Shown here in pieces: positions 38,317 through 49,930 of a DNA stretch of 64,000 nucleotides. The notes under the pieces are model-generated. The model ran no database searches. It was not told the origin of the DNA and saw only the letters and a list, made by a program, of their open reading frames with translations. The translations under genes were made by a program, and so were the position numbers. This DNA is from Macrostomum lignano (lineage: Eukaryota), in assembly GCA_002269645.1 (NCBI GenBank), contig NIVC01001607.1, positions 124,001 through 188,000 on the forward strand. The letters run 5' to 3'. How positions within the stretch are numbered: the stretch's first letter is position 1; every line of letters starts with the position of its first letter.

Positions 38317-41300
38317 ATGGGCGCCAGCGCAAGTAGCCGCTACCGCAGCTGCTGCCGCCGGCGCAGAAGCCGCAGCCAATCAACACCGGCGGGCGGTGGC
38401 TCCAATGGAGTTGAGAACCCGGCTTACTCCAGCTCTGTACCGGGGACAGGCGTAGCTGCTGCAGCGGCAGCGGCAGCGGCGGCAACTGTGGTGTCAACCA
38501 CCGTCACTACCGGGCAGTTCAACGAGGTGACACCAGCGACTCCGGCAAGAGCCGCCATGGAGCTGAAGGCAAGGCTGGCCGATCGTGAAAGCGACTGGCT
38601 CAGGGAGGAGGACGTCTACCGAGTGTTCGTGCAGACCTCCTGGCGGGTCGAGTCCTCCGTGCTCACTCTGGTAATCTTGAGAAGCTTCAGGCGCACTAGG
38701 GCAATAAATTTTGGCGTTAGAAGTTGAACTTATGATAAGAAAGCGCGCAGGGAGCGGTGGCGGCTCTGGGAAACCCGTGAGATAATCGTGGAAGCTGAGT
38801 TTGCCAGAGCCGCAGCGTTTAATCAGGCCAAAAAGATTTGATAAGATGTGTTCGTTAACCAGGGGCTGTGCAAGGACTTGTGCGAGCATGCTGTAGAGAA
38901 GGGCTCGGCACACTCCGGCCTGCGGGCCACACGCGGCCCGTAGTGTCTTTCCGGCCTTCGAGTCCTTCGAAACTTCACAATAGTAATCCGGCCCGCTCAA
39001 GGTTTGGGTCTCTTCTCTATTCACTCTCCTCTCTCCCCTCTCCTCTCTCCTCTCTCCTCTCTCCTTCCTCTCTCCCCTCCTTTAAGAGGAATGCGTACAG
39101 GACTGGACTTTTCTTTTTTAATAGACTTCCTATCTACCTCAACACTGCAACTGCCCTGCTATGCCATACTGACTCCATTCCTGCCCACTCTCCTCTCTCC
39201 CCTCTCCTTCCTCTCTCCCCTCCACTTTCCTCTTCTCTCCTCTCCTCTCCTCTCCTCTCCTCTCCTCTCCTCTCCTCTCCTCTCCTCTCCTCTCCTCTCC
39301 TCTCCTCTCCTCTCCTCTCCTCTCCTCTCCTCTCCTCTCCTCTCCTCTCCTCTCCTCTCCTCTCCTCTCCTCTCCTCTCCTCTCCTCTCCTCTCCTCTCC
39401 TCTCCTCTCCTCTCCTCTCCTCTCCTCTCCTCTCCTCTCCTCTCCTCTCTCTCTCCTCTCCTCTCCTCTCCTCTCCTCTCCTCTCCTCTCCTCTCCTCTC
39501 CTCTCCTCTCCTCTCCTCTCCTCTCCTCTCTTCTTTTCTTTCCCTTCTCTCACTTCTCTCTTCTCTGATCCCATCTCTCGTCTCTCCTCTCTCTTATCTC
39601 TTAGAATCTTCTATTCTCTCGCCTTTCCCTTTCTTATCTGGCCCACAGCCATGAGCTGAATTTTTTATCTGGCTCTTGAGGGAAAAAACGTTTGCCGACA
39701 CCTGCTGTAGAGGCTTAATACAGCTTCATGTTGAAATCCTTAAACAGAACTCTGATGGTTAGCTAGCTACCGCACAGCAACTCGCTGGGAGAGTTACGAT
39801 CGATATTGGAATAATTCGAGTTAAAACTGTGATGATGGAACTTCAGCTGTGTGCAGCTTGATAGCACACTTACTTTCTAGCCCAAGAAATGCCTTGGTCT
39901 GCCTGCAGTTGTGCACTTTAGAATCATGGGTGTGGTCAAAATATGAGTGAGAGGCTACAGATGATGGGGGAAGAGAATTAAGAGTTTATATTATATTATG
40001 GTGTACATGCAGCATGCAGGAACCGACAGAGACAGACCAGGACATTGACAGCTGTTGACAGGAGCAGTGACAGTAGACAGCAAAAGTGCAATGTACTATC
40101 AGAGTTTCAGTGTTGTTTTCATGTACATGTGTACTTGTACATTCGTTTTTTTAACATAGACTATTGAGAGCGCTTGTCAACTAAGCGACTGACAACTGCT
40201 GAAAGCTTGAGGTTTTTCAAGGCCACGATTCAACGATAAACAAATCAAAGATCAATTTGCAGCTCACAGCCGAGTTGGATACGAACAAGGCAGGCATGGA
40301 ACAGGGTCGCAAGAACGAGTTTGTGCAGTTGTCGGGCCACTCCGGTGAGTTGATATGCTCGTTGAGCTCAACTGATTGCACCTGCGTGACCATCGTTGTA
40401 ATCTGATTTTATGTACGGAAAAGTACTGTAAGAGTCAAGTTTTAGGCATCTCGTAACTTCCGCAAGGTTGTTTGTCAAAAGTGTCAATTAGAACTTGTCT
40501 TATAGCAACACTAGAATTTTTAGCATCACATTTCTTTTTGTTGCATTACGGGACGTTCTGTCACATATCATTCTTAGCATCACGTGAAGTTTTAAGCGTC
40601 CTGTGACCTTAATATAAGGAGTAAATGCAAAGCACTTTAAGCTTAGCCTATAGGTGGGGGTTGTAGCCTAAGGTTTAGAGCGTCAGACTCACGACTTGAA
40701 GGTCGGTGGTTCGATTCTCGACCCACTTGGAACAATTGTGTCCTTGAGCACTTCACTCTGCATTGCTTCAGTTCACCCAGCTGTAAAATGGGTGCCAGCA
40801 TTAGCTGGGGTAATTGAGGCTGTGTATAGCGACCCCCTCCCCCAGTCCTTGGACTGAACAGCCGTACGCAGCCTTCAGATGCGCCGCGCAATAGCTGCGG
40901 CTGAGCTGTCAGTTGCACATCTGCCCATTAGGGTCATTAGCATCATCCTTAGTAACACAAACTGATACTCGTAGATTTTATCCGCATATTTCAAGCAATA
41001 AAATTCTATTCGAACAAACTGCTAATCAGGCGCATTTGCGGTCTCCAGCCCGTGGACCATCCTGAAGCGTCGAGATGCCTCGGAGTCGCACGAGCTGTCA
41101 GCCTACAGGCAGCTGATGCTGCAGGACAGCGGGATGCAGCAGTTTGTGCCGAAATTCCATCGAGAAGTACAGCTCAGTGGCGAATGTGAGTTTTGCTTTG
41201 TTATCATACTTCTCATGCGGACTTGCTAACAGAAATAAGATCCAACCGCATATCATTTGCGTAGCACTTTCGATACGCTTGAGTATATGCAATATAATAC

Positions 41301-44241
41301 AGCTCACTCCCTACTAGTGGGGGAATTGGAAGCCGTTGGGCGGATTGAGAAGGCTTTAAGTATAATGGGGAAGGATTGGGATAGATAGGGAAGGATTGGG
41401 ATAGATGGGGAAGGATTGGGATAGATGGGGAAGGATTGTTACAGATGGGGAAGGATTGGGATACATGGGGAAGGATTGGGATAGATGGGGAAGGATTGGG
41501 ATAGATAGGAAAGGATTGGGATAGATGGGGAAGGATTGGGATAGATGGGGAAGGATTGGGACAGATGGGGAAGGATTGGGATACATGGGGAAGGATTGGG
41601 ATAGATGGGGAAGGATTGGGATAGATGGGGAAGGATTGGGATAGATGGGGAAGGATTGGGATAGATAGGAAAGGATTGGGATAGATGGGGAAGGATTGGG
41701 ATAGATGGGGAAGGATTGGGATAGATAGGAAAGGATTGGGATAGATGGGGAAGGATTGGGATAGATAAGGAAGGATTAGGATAGATAAGGAAGGATTAGG
41801 ATAGATAGGAAAGGATTGGGCTAGATAGGGAAGGATTGGGATGGATAGGGAAGGATTGGGCTAGATAGGGAAGGATTGGGATAGATGGGGAAGGATTGGG
41901 CTAGATAGGGAAGGATTGGGATGGATAGGGAAGGATTGGGCTAGATAGGGAAGGATTGGGATAGATGGGGAAGGATTGGGCTAGATAGGAAAGGATTGGG
42001 ATAGATGGGGAAGGATTGGGATAGATAAGGAAGGATTAGGATAGATAAGGAAGGATTAGGATAGATAGGAAAGGATTGGGCTAGATAGGGAAGGATTGGG
42101 ATGGATAGGGAAGGATTGGGCTAGATAGGGAAGGATTGGGATAGATGGGGAAGGATTGGGATAGATGGGGAAGGATTGGGATAGATAGGAAAGGATTGGG
42201 ATAGATGGGGAAGGATTGGGATAGATAAGGAAGGATTAGGATAGATAAGGAAGGATTAGGATAGATAGGAAAGGATTGGGCTAGATAGGGAAGGATTGGG
42301 ATGGATAGGGAAGGATTGGGCTAGATAGGGAAGGATTGGGATAGATGGGGAAGGATTGGGCTAGATAGGGAAGGATTGGGATGGATAGGGAAGGATTGGG
42401 CTAGATAGGGAAGGATTGGGATAGATGGGGAAGGATTGGGCTAGATAGGGAAGGATTGGGCTAGATAGGGAAGGATTGGGATAGATAGGGAAGGATTGGG
42501 CTAAATAGGGAAGGATTAGGATAGATAAGGAAGGATTGGGATAGATAGGGAAGGATTTGGCTAGATAGGGAAAGATGGGGAAGAATTGGTGTTGATGAGA
42601 AGGAATCTATTTTATCAGTTGTACACACGCACATGACTTTAAAGACTTGAGGCATGCATACTGTATCTGAAATGTTCCAATAGCTTACTTAGAACTGGAA
42701 GACCTGATGCAGCACTTCTCGAATCCGAGCATAATGGACGTGAAGATGGGCTGCCGCACGTTCCTGGAGTCGACACTGCCAACCCGAGTTGCGGCCCGAC
42801 CTGTACAAGAAAATGACGGCCGTGGACCCGAACCAGCCGACAGAGGAGGAGAGAAGAGCTGGAGCGATTACCAAGCTGAGATACATGCTGGTAAGCTGCA
42901 TAGAGCTTACAAATTCAATAATTCAGCATACGAGGTATTGTTTTTCGAATTGGAGGAAAAATAACTTATTAGGATAAATCAAACTTTTTAGTATATAAGA
43001 AATGAGTACAAAATAAACTTTAAATTATTTTTCACTGCAGTTTCGAGAACAGGAGAGTACTACAGTCTCTCTGGGCTTTCGTTTGGAAGCAATCAAGGTT
43101 ACAAATATTAACATTTACTGTCTTAAAGCGATAATATAATTATAATTTTTTCACTTTACTAATCCGTAGTCTCTATTAACTTTTCCAGACAAGAGATCCG
43201 GAATCGTGTTCAGCGCACAGTCGTCGCTTAAAAACTATAAAAACGGAGTCCGAGGTATGAAAAATGTATTTCTGTACTAAATAAATTGCATCGGCCGGGA
43301 TTCGAACCCTGGACCGTCCGGGTGGCAGGCGAGCATTCTACCACTGAACCACCGATGCTTGATGATGTGGGGCTGCATTGCTTGCGTTGAGCGCAAAATC
43401 TATTGGAAACAATGAGTAACATATAGATTTTTGATGAGAGTACTTGATCGGTTTCTCATGCTCAACTTGTTTACCAAATCTCGTAGGTTTTGCCCGTCAT
43501 TCACTACTTTTGCGCCTACAACGCCGCTGTGATGCGTTCGTTTGCTGCCAGACTGCGCGAACTCAAGTCAGCGCTAGAGAAATCAGACTTCTTTGCCAGG
43601 CATGAGGTGAGAAAACCGAAGTAGAAAATGTTTCGGAGGCTGGAGAGACTTTGAGACGCTAGAGAGAATTAGCCATTGAGTATCCACGATTAAGTTGTCA
43701 TGGCGACACAGCCATTAAATAAAGCCAAAGTTTTGCATGATTACTTAGCTCGTAGTTTGTATTTGATTTTAACTGCCTTGTTCATATACATCAACATATC
43801 AGTCATGTGATGTGGTGTCATTGTTAATGTGGTGTGAACAAGTTTTGCAATATTGGGTATTCTACGATGTATTGTTACATGTGAATGGTAAAGTTGTACA
43901 GTCAAAACCAATGCATACTTACAATAATGCTTGTTCATGAGTAAATGAATTGCATAGAGAGAGTCAATTCTGAATAATGTGAATAATCCTAACGGGACAA
44001 ATGGTACAACCTACACATTGAATTTCTGCAGTTCATCGGCTCTTCCTTGCTGTTCCTGCACGACGCGTCTCTACGTGCTGGCGTCTGGATGATCGACTTT
44101 GCTAAGACCCTCCCGAGGCCGGACGGCGAAAGACTGCAGCACACCGTACCTTGGACACCTGGCAGTCACGAGGACGGCTATCTGATTGGGCTAAATAATC
44201 TTATTCGACTTATGGAAAGCGCATCCGGCGAGTACGTTTGA
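38317..44241 (+). CDS. IP3K: Inositol-trisphosphate 3-kinase (IPK family), 8 exons, apparent frameshift in exon 4
   Basis: Exons 38317-38670, 40263-40344, 41030-41185, 42684-42890, 43041-43097, 43189-43254, 43487-43606, 44032-44241. Motifs [64 protein letters not shown]. Joining exon 1 is phase-consistent but is the least certain part. Confidence 0.88.
39232..39530. repeat. (TCTCC)n pentanucleotide microsatellite in IP3K intron 1
   Basis: Seen directly; embedded in a wider CT-rich tract (~39010-39640). Confidence 0.97.
40653..40935 (+). mobile_element. tRNA-derived CORE-type SINE, copy 1
   Basis: A-box and B-box (GGTTCGATTC) head; central GTGTCCTTGAG...CTTCAGTTCACCCAGCTGTAAAATGGG resembling the MIR CORE; tail ending CATCTGCCCATTAGGG shared with the other two copies. 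Confidence 0.85.
41365..42585. repeat. 20-bp G-rich minisatellite (GGGAAGGATTGGGATAGATR), ~1.2 kb, IP3K intron 3
   Basis: About 60 tandem copies with variant blocks. Confidence 0.97.
43287..43358 (-). tRNA. trnG-GCC: tRNA-Gly(GCC)-like gene, probably degenerate, antisense in IP3K intron 6
   Basis: GCATCGGTGGTTCAGTGGTAGAATGCTCGCCTGCCACCCGGACGGTCCAGGGTTCGAATCCCGGCCGATGCA. Acceptor and D stems pair; two mismatches in the anticodon stem and one in the T stem. Confidence 0.8.
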
Positions 44242-45412
44242 TGAAGGATATTATATGTGCTTTGAAAATGACCGATTTTTTTGCTGCGACAAAGGTTTAT
44301 CTGACCCGGTGACGTGTAGGCCGTTTTAATTTTCAAATTAACTATTACTTCTCTTCTCGCTACGGACATAACCAAAAGCTCATGCATTCATGGCGTGGCG
44401 TTTTTGTTTTAAATTTTAAGGTGGAATAAAAGCGTACGTAATTGTCTTATTGGCCGTTACATGTATATGCGTAGGTAATTTAAATTGGTAAAAACTGACC
44501 GCTAAAATTAAAAGCCATCTAAGACCTTTGAATGTTTTTCTGTCAATAAAATGTAATCTTTAATCGTTTTTCTCTAGATGCATACTGAATATTAAATTTC
44601 TATAAAACTATTGGTACTTAGAAATATCTTACATGTAGATGTAGCATAATGTAAATCAATTCATTTAGTGTATATACTATACCCGTTTGCATTGAGTTGT
44701 TACGTGCCAATGTTTCGTCACCTTCCAAGAAGAATCAATTTGCTCCTAATAAAATATAATGATGTATTATTCTATGTAAATTCAAGTAAAAGCAAAATAC
44801 ATTATCACTTACATATTGTCCTGTCAAATCCAAAAACGTCGTAACAATTTCATGAGAGCATATTGTAATGCTTTTTTGAAAAAAGTTTCTGATCATAGCC
44901 AATAAATATTGAGTAAAAACGTATAATTTTTTATTGAGGCCTAGTTTCAGAGATCCTTTTTTTAACTATGGAAAAAAACAATGGAGTGGGTTAGGACCAG
45001 TGCTGGGCAAGTTAATCAATTTTTTTAACTCGTTAAAAGTTAAAAAGTTAATTTAATTGCTCCAAAAAAATTAACTGTAACTAGTTAATTATTTAACTTT
45101 TGCCCAAAATTTAACTTCTGAAAAGTTAAAAGTTAAATTTAATAATTCTCTAACGGAAAAAGTGACATTTTCCCGGACATGCGTCCGGCGCGTTTTTTAA
45201 ATTTCAGGTCGGCGCGGCGCGGCTGTGGCCAGGTCGCGGTGCGGCGCGGCGCGCGGTGGCGCGACGCAGCGCAGAAAGTGTGCGGCGGCGCGGGAAGTCG
45301 CGCGGCGGCGCGACATGGCGCAGTATGGTGCAACGCGACAAGGAAATATCTATGCAGCGCGACGCGGAGCAGCGCAGCAGGGAAGGCAGAATTACAACTA
45401 CATGTATACAAC

Positions 45413-46502
45413 TAGGGATGTCGACCCCGGGGAGGGCTCCCCGGGGCCCCGGGGAGCTTGTCGGGGAATACTCCCCGGGGAATTAGACCGGGGACCCCGG
45501 GGAGAAAAAAAAGCATTTTTAACTAAATTTTTGCCATTTAAATAAGAAAATCATTCACAGAAAGCTGATTGAAACTCTGTCTATGCTTTTTTACCGCAAA
45601 ACTGCTTATTTCAATGTATTATTTCAAACACAACACACGTTTGAATGGGGGGGGGTTCATAAGACCGAAATTTCACAACGCCGAAACACCATACTTCACA
45701 AGACCGAAACTTCATAAGATCGAAATTTCACATCGTAGAAAACCTTACAATAAGGATTGTATTGCCACGGACTACGTATTGCGACGGAATTTTCGGCGTT
45801 GTGAAATTTCGGTCTTATGAAGTTTCGGTCTTGTGAAGGGTAGTGCTTTTCGGCGTTGTGAAATTTCGGTCTTATGAAAGCGACCCGTTTGAATGTTTTT
45901 TTCACTATGAGTCTTTCAATCAAGCAAATTGAACGTACGAGCGTAGAAAGCCGTCAGGAAAAAGAAGCCTTACTGACTATTGTGTTGGCCTGCGTTGACG
46001 GCTTGACGCATTTGACGCAGGCACAGCGCTATATCCTGCGTCAGTCACTGACGCATAGGGGGGTGTCATACTATAACAAAATACTCCCTATTAGACAGGA
46101 CAAAATGGTGATTTACATGTATCTGCAAGAAATTAAAATTCCGATTATAAAAACAGTCTCATTCATTAATTATCCTCCCTCGAGTGCAGCTGCTGAGTAT
46201 GCATTTTCCGCCTCCGGAGTCTGGACCCTTTCTGATAAAGGTGCGCGCACGATTTGGTGATGCCACGTTGTCAAATACAGTTTTAAACAAACATTGCCTT
46301 AAGTTTTTACCCTTGCGCCTTGAACATGTAGTCCATCCAAAGCTTTAATCAAAGTTTAAGAAATGCCACTTAGTGACTTAAGATCCAAGTTATCCGCCGT
46401 TTTTTACTTATTTTTTCCCCGGAGTCCCCGGGGTCCCCGGGGAATGACAGTAAATTACCCGGGTCCCCGATAAGAAAATTCCCCGGGGAATCGACATCCC
46501 TA
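45413..46502. mobile_element. hAT non-autonomous element (middle), TIR TAGGGATGTCGA, with a transposase dimerisation-domain relic
   Basis: 8-bp TSD TATACAAC / TGTACAAC (1 mismatch); CCCCGGGG subterminal motifs; PPSSAAAEYAFSASG followed by frameshifted FLIKVRARFGDATL at ~46185-46290. Confidence 0.85.
45648..45886. mobile_element. Mutator-like fold-back MITE (inner), 9-bp TSD GTTTGAATG
   Basis: Long inverted repeats TTCATAAGACCGAAATTTCACAACGCCGAAA; TSD at 45639-45647 and 45887-45895. Confidence 0.85.
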
Positions 46503-47522
46503 TGTACAACGATAACTTCTAGTAGTCCTTGAGTAGAATAATATCAATAGATAATAGTTGAAGATTCCAGAATCTTCCGGAATATTCTATACATTATAAC
46601 TTGTAACTGAAATAATATACATGTAATAGTTTGTGACGCGTTAAATAATGCTTAGAAAGGCGAAGTTATTTTATGTATGTATTAATTTTACTTTTTGATG
46701 GCATACAAGCTGTTGAAACCCGCGGATTTTGAACCCGGGGAACTTAATTTCCCGGAATTATTAACTTTTGTCATTTAACTTTAACTTACAGAAAAAAAAT
46801 AACGATTTTTGTTAACTAGTTAATACATAAAAAATTTAACGAAAATTTAACGATTTTAAAAAAAATTTAGCTAGTTAATTAACTAGTTAAACAATTAACT
46901 AGTTAACGCCCAGCACTGGTTAGGACTCTTCATAAAACAATGAGTCAACTAGCACGCACTACCTACAATAAGACTTGTAGTTTAGTATTTACCAAAATGT
47001 TAAAGGATGCTTTCTACTCTCTCTATATGCTTACATATACTATATGGAGAGATATATTACAGTCCAGATAAAACAAAAACTTAAAAAAATTTAGACACTT
47101 TTTGAATCATGCATCTCGTATGCCGGACATACCAAAATAATTACGCTTGTACGAGCATATTTGAATTACCGTTTTGCACCATTTTAAAAGCCACTGATAT
47201 TTCTAAGAAACTCAGTGAGCTCGTGGCCTCGTGCAGACAGTACGACTAATCATGGCACATGCATACGCATAGGACGGGTTTATACTTTAATATACACTTG
47301 CATACCGAGAATTTTTTATTTTATACAGAAAAAATCAGTTTCCATCAACAGCTAGAGCAACTTCTTATTGGTCTTTGATTCTATCTGAAGCCGAGGAATA
47401 TGTCGCTATGCCGCTTTATTGAGTATTTATTCAAACGCCAAAGTCCATCGAGTAGATTTGCATCTATAGTAGAATTTACATACTTTGTCTATGGCTATAT
47501 TTAATATGATTTAAGCCGCAAG

Positions 47523-47602
47523 GGGTTAGCGAAATGGGCGGCAACGCCTCCTCGCTGCATCTGGATGCACAGAGCCCCCTGCAGCTGAGTCAAGTCAAGT
47601 AA
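47523..47602 (+). mobile_element. Extreme 3' end of the LOA-like LINE family
   Basis: TTAGCGAAATGGGCGGCAACGCCTCCTCGCTG...CTGCAGCTGAGTCAAGTCAAG matches 3088-3166. Confidence 0.85.
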
Positions 47603-48177
47603 GAATTAATATAGCATTTAAAATTTACTTTATCAAAAGTCTTCAAATGTTCAAATACAGCATTAAAATAAAAAGTTTGAATGAATATGGTATATTATAT
47701 TAGAATAATATACATTATTACTTAGTCAAATTATATGTATTCATTAGATTTGAAAATTTCATAGTCTCACTATAGGGCATTTGTATTTTAAATATGTAAT
47801 ACTGTTAGATTGATTTATTTTGAGCCAGAATCTATAGTATAGATATATATTTTGTTTTGTAAATTATGATTTCAATACAGCTTCTTGTTACTTTTAAAGG
47901 TTAAACAAACTAGTTGAATTAGTTTTACAAAATTAAAGAAATCCATTGTTAAATTTTATAAATGCACACCTACTTGTTTAACATCAGTCAAATATAGCTA
48001 GAACATTAGATGCTTTCTACTATACCAGAATCAAATAAACTTTTGAGATATTATCATTGAACTTTTAGCACTGGTAAAATATTTTGAAAAGAAAAAGGAA
48101 AGTTTTAGAAATCTCTATCAATAAGTTTCATTGTAAAAAAAATATTTATAATTGTAAGTTAATATTAAACTTCACAG

Positions 48178-48606
48178 TCTACAGAACCAGACAGAAGTCG
48201 CATTGGCAGTGTCAGGGTTGCCTGGGAGAACAGGCTCAGTGACCTCATTGGTCACCGGGTTGACCTCTCGGGCCAGCGTCTCGCTACCACCCTGGTTGTG
48301 CACGAGGTTCTTGGCGCCAGTCTTCTATTTGGCGCCTGGACGCTGTGCTATCGCCTGCGGTTCACCTCGCGCCAACTGCTACCACTGCTGCCGGCTTCAG
48401 CTAGCGCGGCGCACGAGCGCGGCGCCACCGCAGCCCGGCGCGCTCTGGCCAGATGGCCGCGCCTTCGCCGCCGAGTGTCCGACCCGCAGCGCCTGGTGGT
48501 GAGCGCAGCTGAGAGCTTCCTGTTGAGAAAACTGTGCGGACCTGTGCTGGTGCCAGCAAAGCTGTTAGCGGCTTATTATCTGGCTGGCGCTGTGTGCTCT
48601 CACTGA
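48178..48606 (+). CDS. Probable terminal exon of an uncharacterised membrane protein
   Basis: Acceptor TTCACAG at 48171-48177, then 143 open codons in GC-rich sequence set in AT-rich flanks. Hydrophobic segments LVVHEVLGASLLFGAWTLCY and PVLVPAKLLAAYYLAGAV. Upstream exon not identified. Confidence 0.6.
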   Translation, partial: STEPDRSRIGSVRVAWENRLSDLIGHRVDLSGQRLATTLVVHEVLGASLLFGAWTLCYRLRFTSRQLLPLLPASASAAHERGATAARRALARWPRLRRRVSDPQRLVVSAAESFLLRKLCGPVLVPAKLLAAYYLAGAVCSH

Positions 48607-48639
48607 GCTGCTCAGCTTTTATTCATTTTTTTCTCCCCT

Positions 48640-49930
48640 TGTCCCCCCAAGAATTCTCCCCTTGTTCCCCCCGAATTCTCCCCTTGTTTCCCCAAATTAC
48701 CCCATTGTTCCCCGAATTCTCCCCTGCCCCCCCCACGAATTCTCCTCTTGTCCCCCAAGAATTCTCCCCTTGTTCCCCTCGAATTCTCCCCTTGTTCCCC
48801 CGAATTATCCCCTTGTTCCCCGAATTCTCCCCTTGTTCCCCTCGAATTCTCCCCTTGTTCTCCCCGAATTCTCCCCTTGCCCCCCGAATTCTCCCCTTGT
48901 TCTCCCCGAATTCTCCCCTTGTTCCCCATAATTCTGCCCTTGTCCCTCCAAGAGTTCTCCCTTGTTCCCCTCGAATTCTCCCCTTGTTCCTCCCGAATTC
49001 TCACCTTGTTCTCCGAGAATTCTCCCCTTATTCCCAAGAATTCTCCCCTTGTTCCCTCCGAATTCTCCCCTTGTTCCCCGAATTCTCCCCTTGTTCTCCG
49101 AGAATTCTCCCCTTATTCCCCAAGAATTCTCCCCTTGTTCCCCGAATTCTCCCCTTGTTCCCGAATTCTCCCCTTGCCCCCCCGAATTCTCCCCTTGTTC
49201 CCCCTGAATTGTCCCCTTGTCCACCCCGAATTCTCTCCTTGTCCCTCCAAGAGTTCCCCCCTTGTTCCCCCCGAATTCTCGCCTTGTTCTCCGAGAATTC
49301 TCCCCTCATTCCCCTCGAATTCTCCCCTTGTTCCCCCCGAATTCTCCCCTTGTTCCCCCCGAATTCTCACCTTGTTCTCCGAGAATTCTCCCCTTATTCC
49401 CAAGAATTCTCCCATTGTTCCCTCGAATTCTCCCTTGTTCCCCCCGAATTCTCCCCTTTTTCCCGAATTCTCACCTTGTTCTCCGAGATTTCTCCCTTAT
49501 TCCCAAGAATTCTCCCCTTGTTCCCTCCGAATTCTCCCATTGTTCCCCCGAATTCTCCCTTGTTCCTCGAATTCTCCCCTTGCGCCCCTCCACCGAATTC
49601 TCCCCTTGTCCCCCAAGAATTCTCCCTTGTTCTCCCCGAATTCTCCCCTTGTTCCCCCATAATTCTGCCCTTGTCCCTCCAAGAGTTCTCCCCTTGTTCC
49701 CCTCGAATTCTCCCCTTGTTCTCCGAGAATTCTCCCCTTATTCCCCAAGAATTCTCCCCTTGTTCCCCGAATTCTCCCCTTGCCCCCCCCGAATTCTCCC
49801 CTTGTTCCCCCTGAATTCTCGCCTTGTTCTCCGAGAATTCTCCCCTCATTCCCCAAGAATTCTCCCCTTGTTCCCCCTGAATTCTCCCCTTATCCCCCAG
49901 AATTTTTGTTTCCCCGAATTTTCCCCTTGT
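48640..49930. repeat. ~21-22-bp C-rich minisatellite (CCCCGAATTCTCCCCTTGTTC)
   Basis: About 1.3 kb of degenerate tandem copies, most containing GAATTC. Confidence 0.95.

Larger units (their letters stand above)
44998..46918. mobile_element. hAT-type MITE (outer), TIR CAGTGCTGGGC, 8-bp TSD GTTAGGAC
   Basis: TSD at 44990-44997 and 46919-46926; TTAAC-rich subterminal repeats at both ends. Confidence 0.9.

Noticed and set aside
38494-39024. Antisense 176-aa ORF with a faintly EF-hand-like segment ([21 protein letters not shown])
   Set aside because: It lacks the acidic Ca-binding residues, has no usable splice or promoter context, and partly mirrors the GC-rich IP3K exon 1. A profile search would settle it.
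41365-42585. CRISPR-like array (also considered for the other minisatellites)
   Set aside because: Units are contiguous with no unique spacers, there are no cas genes, and the context is eukaryotic.
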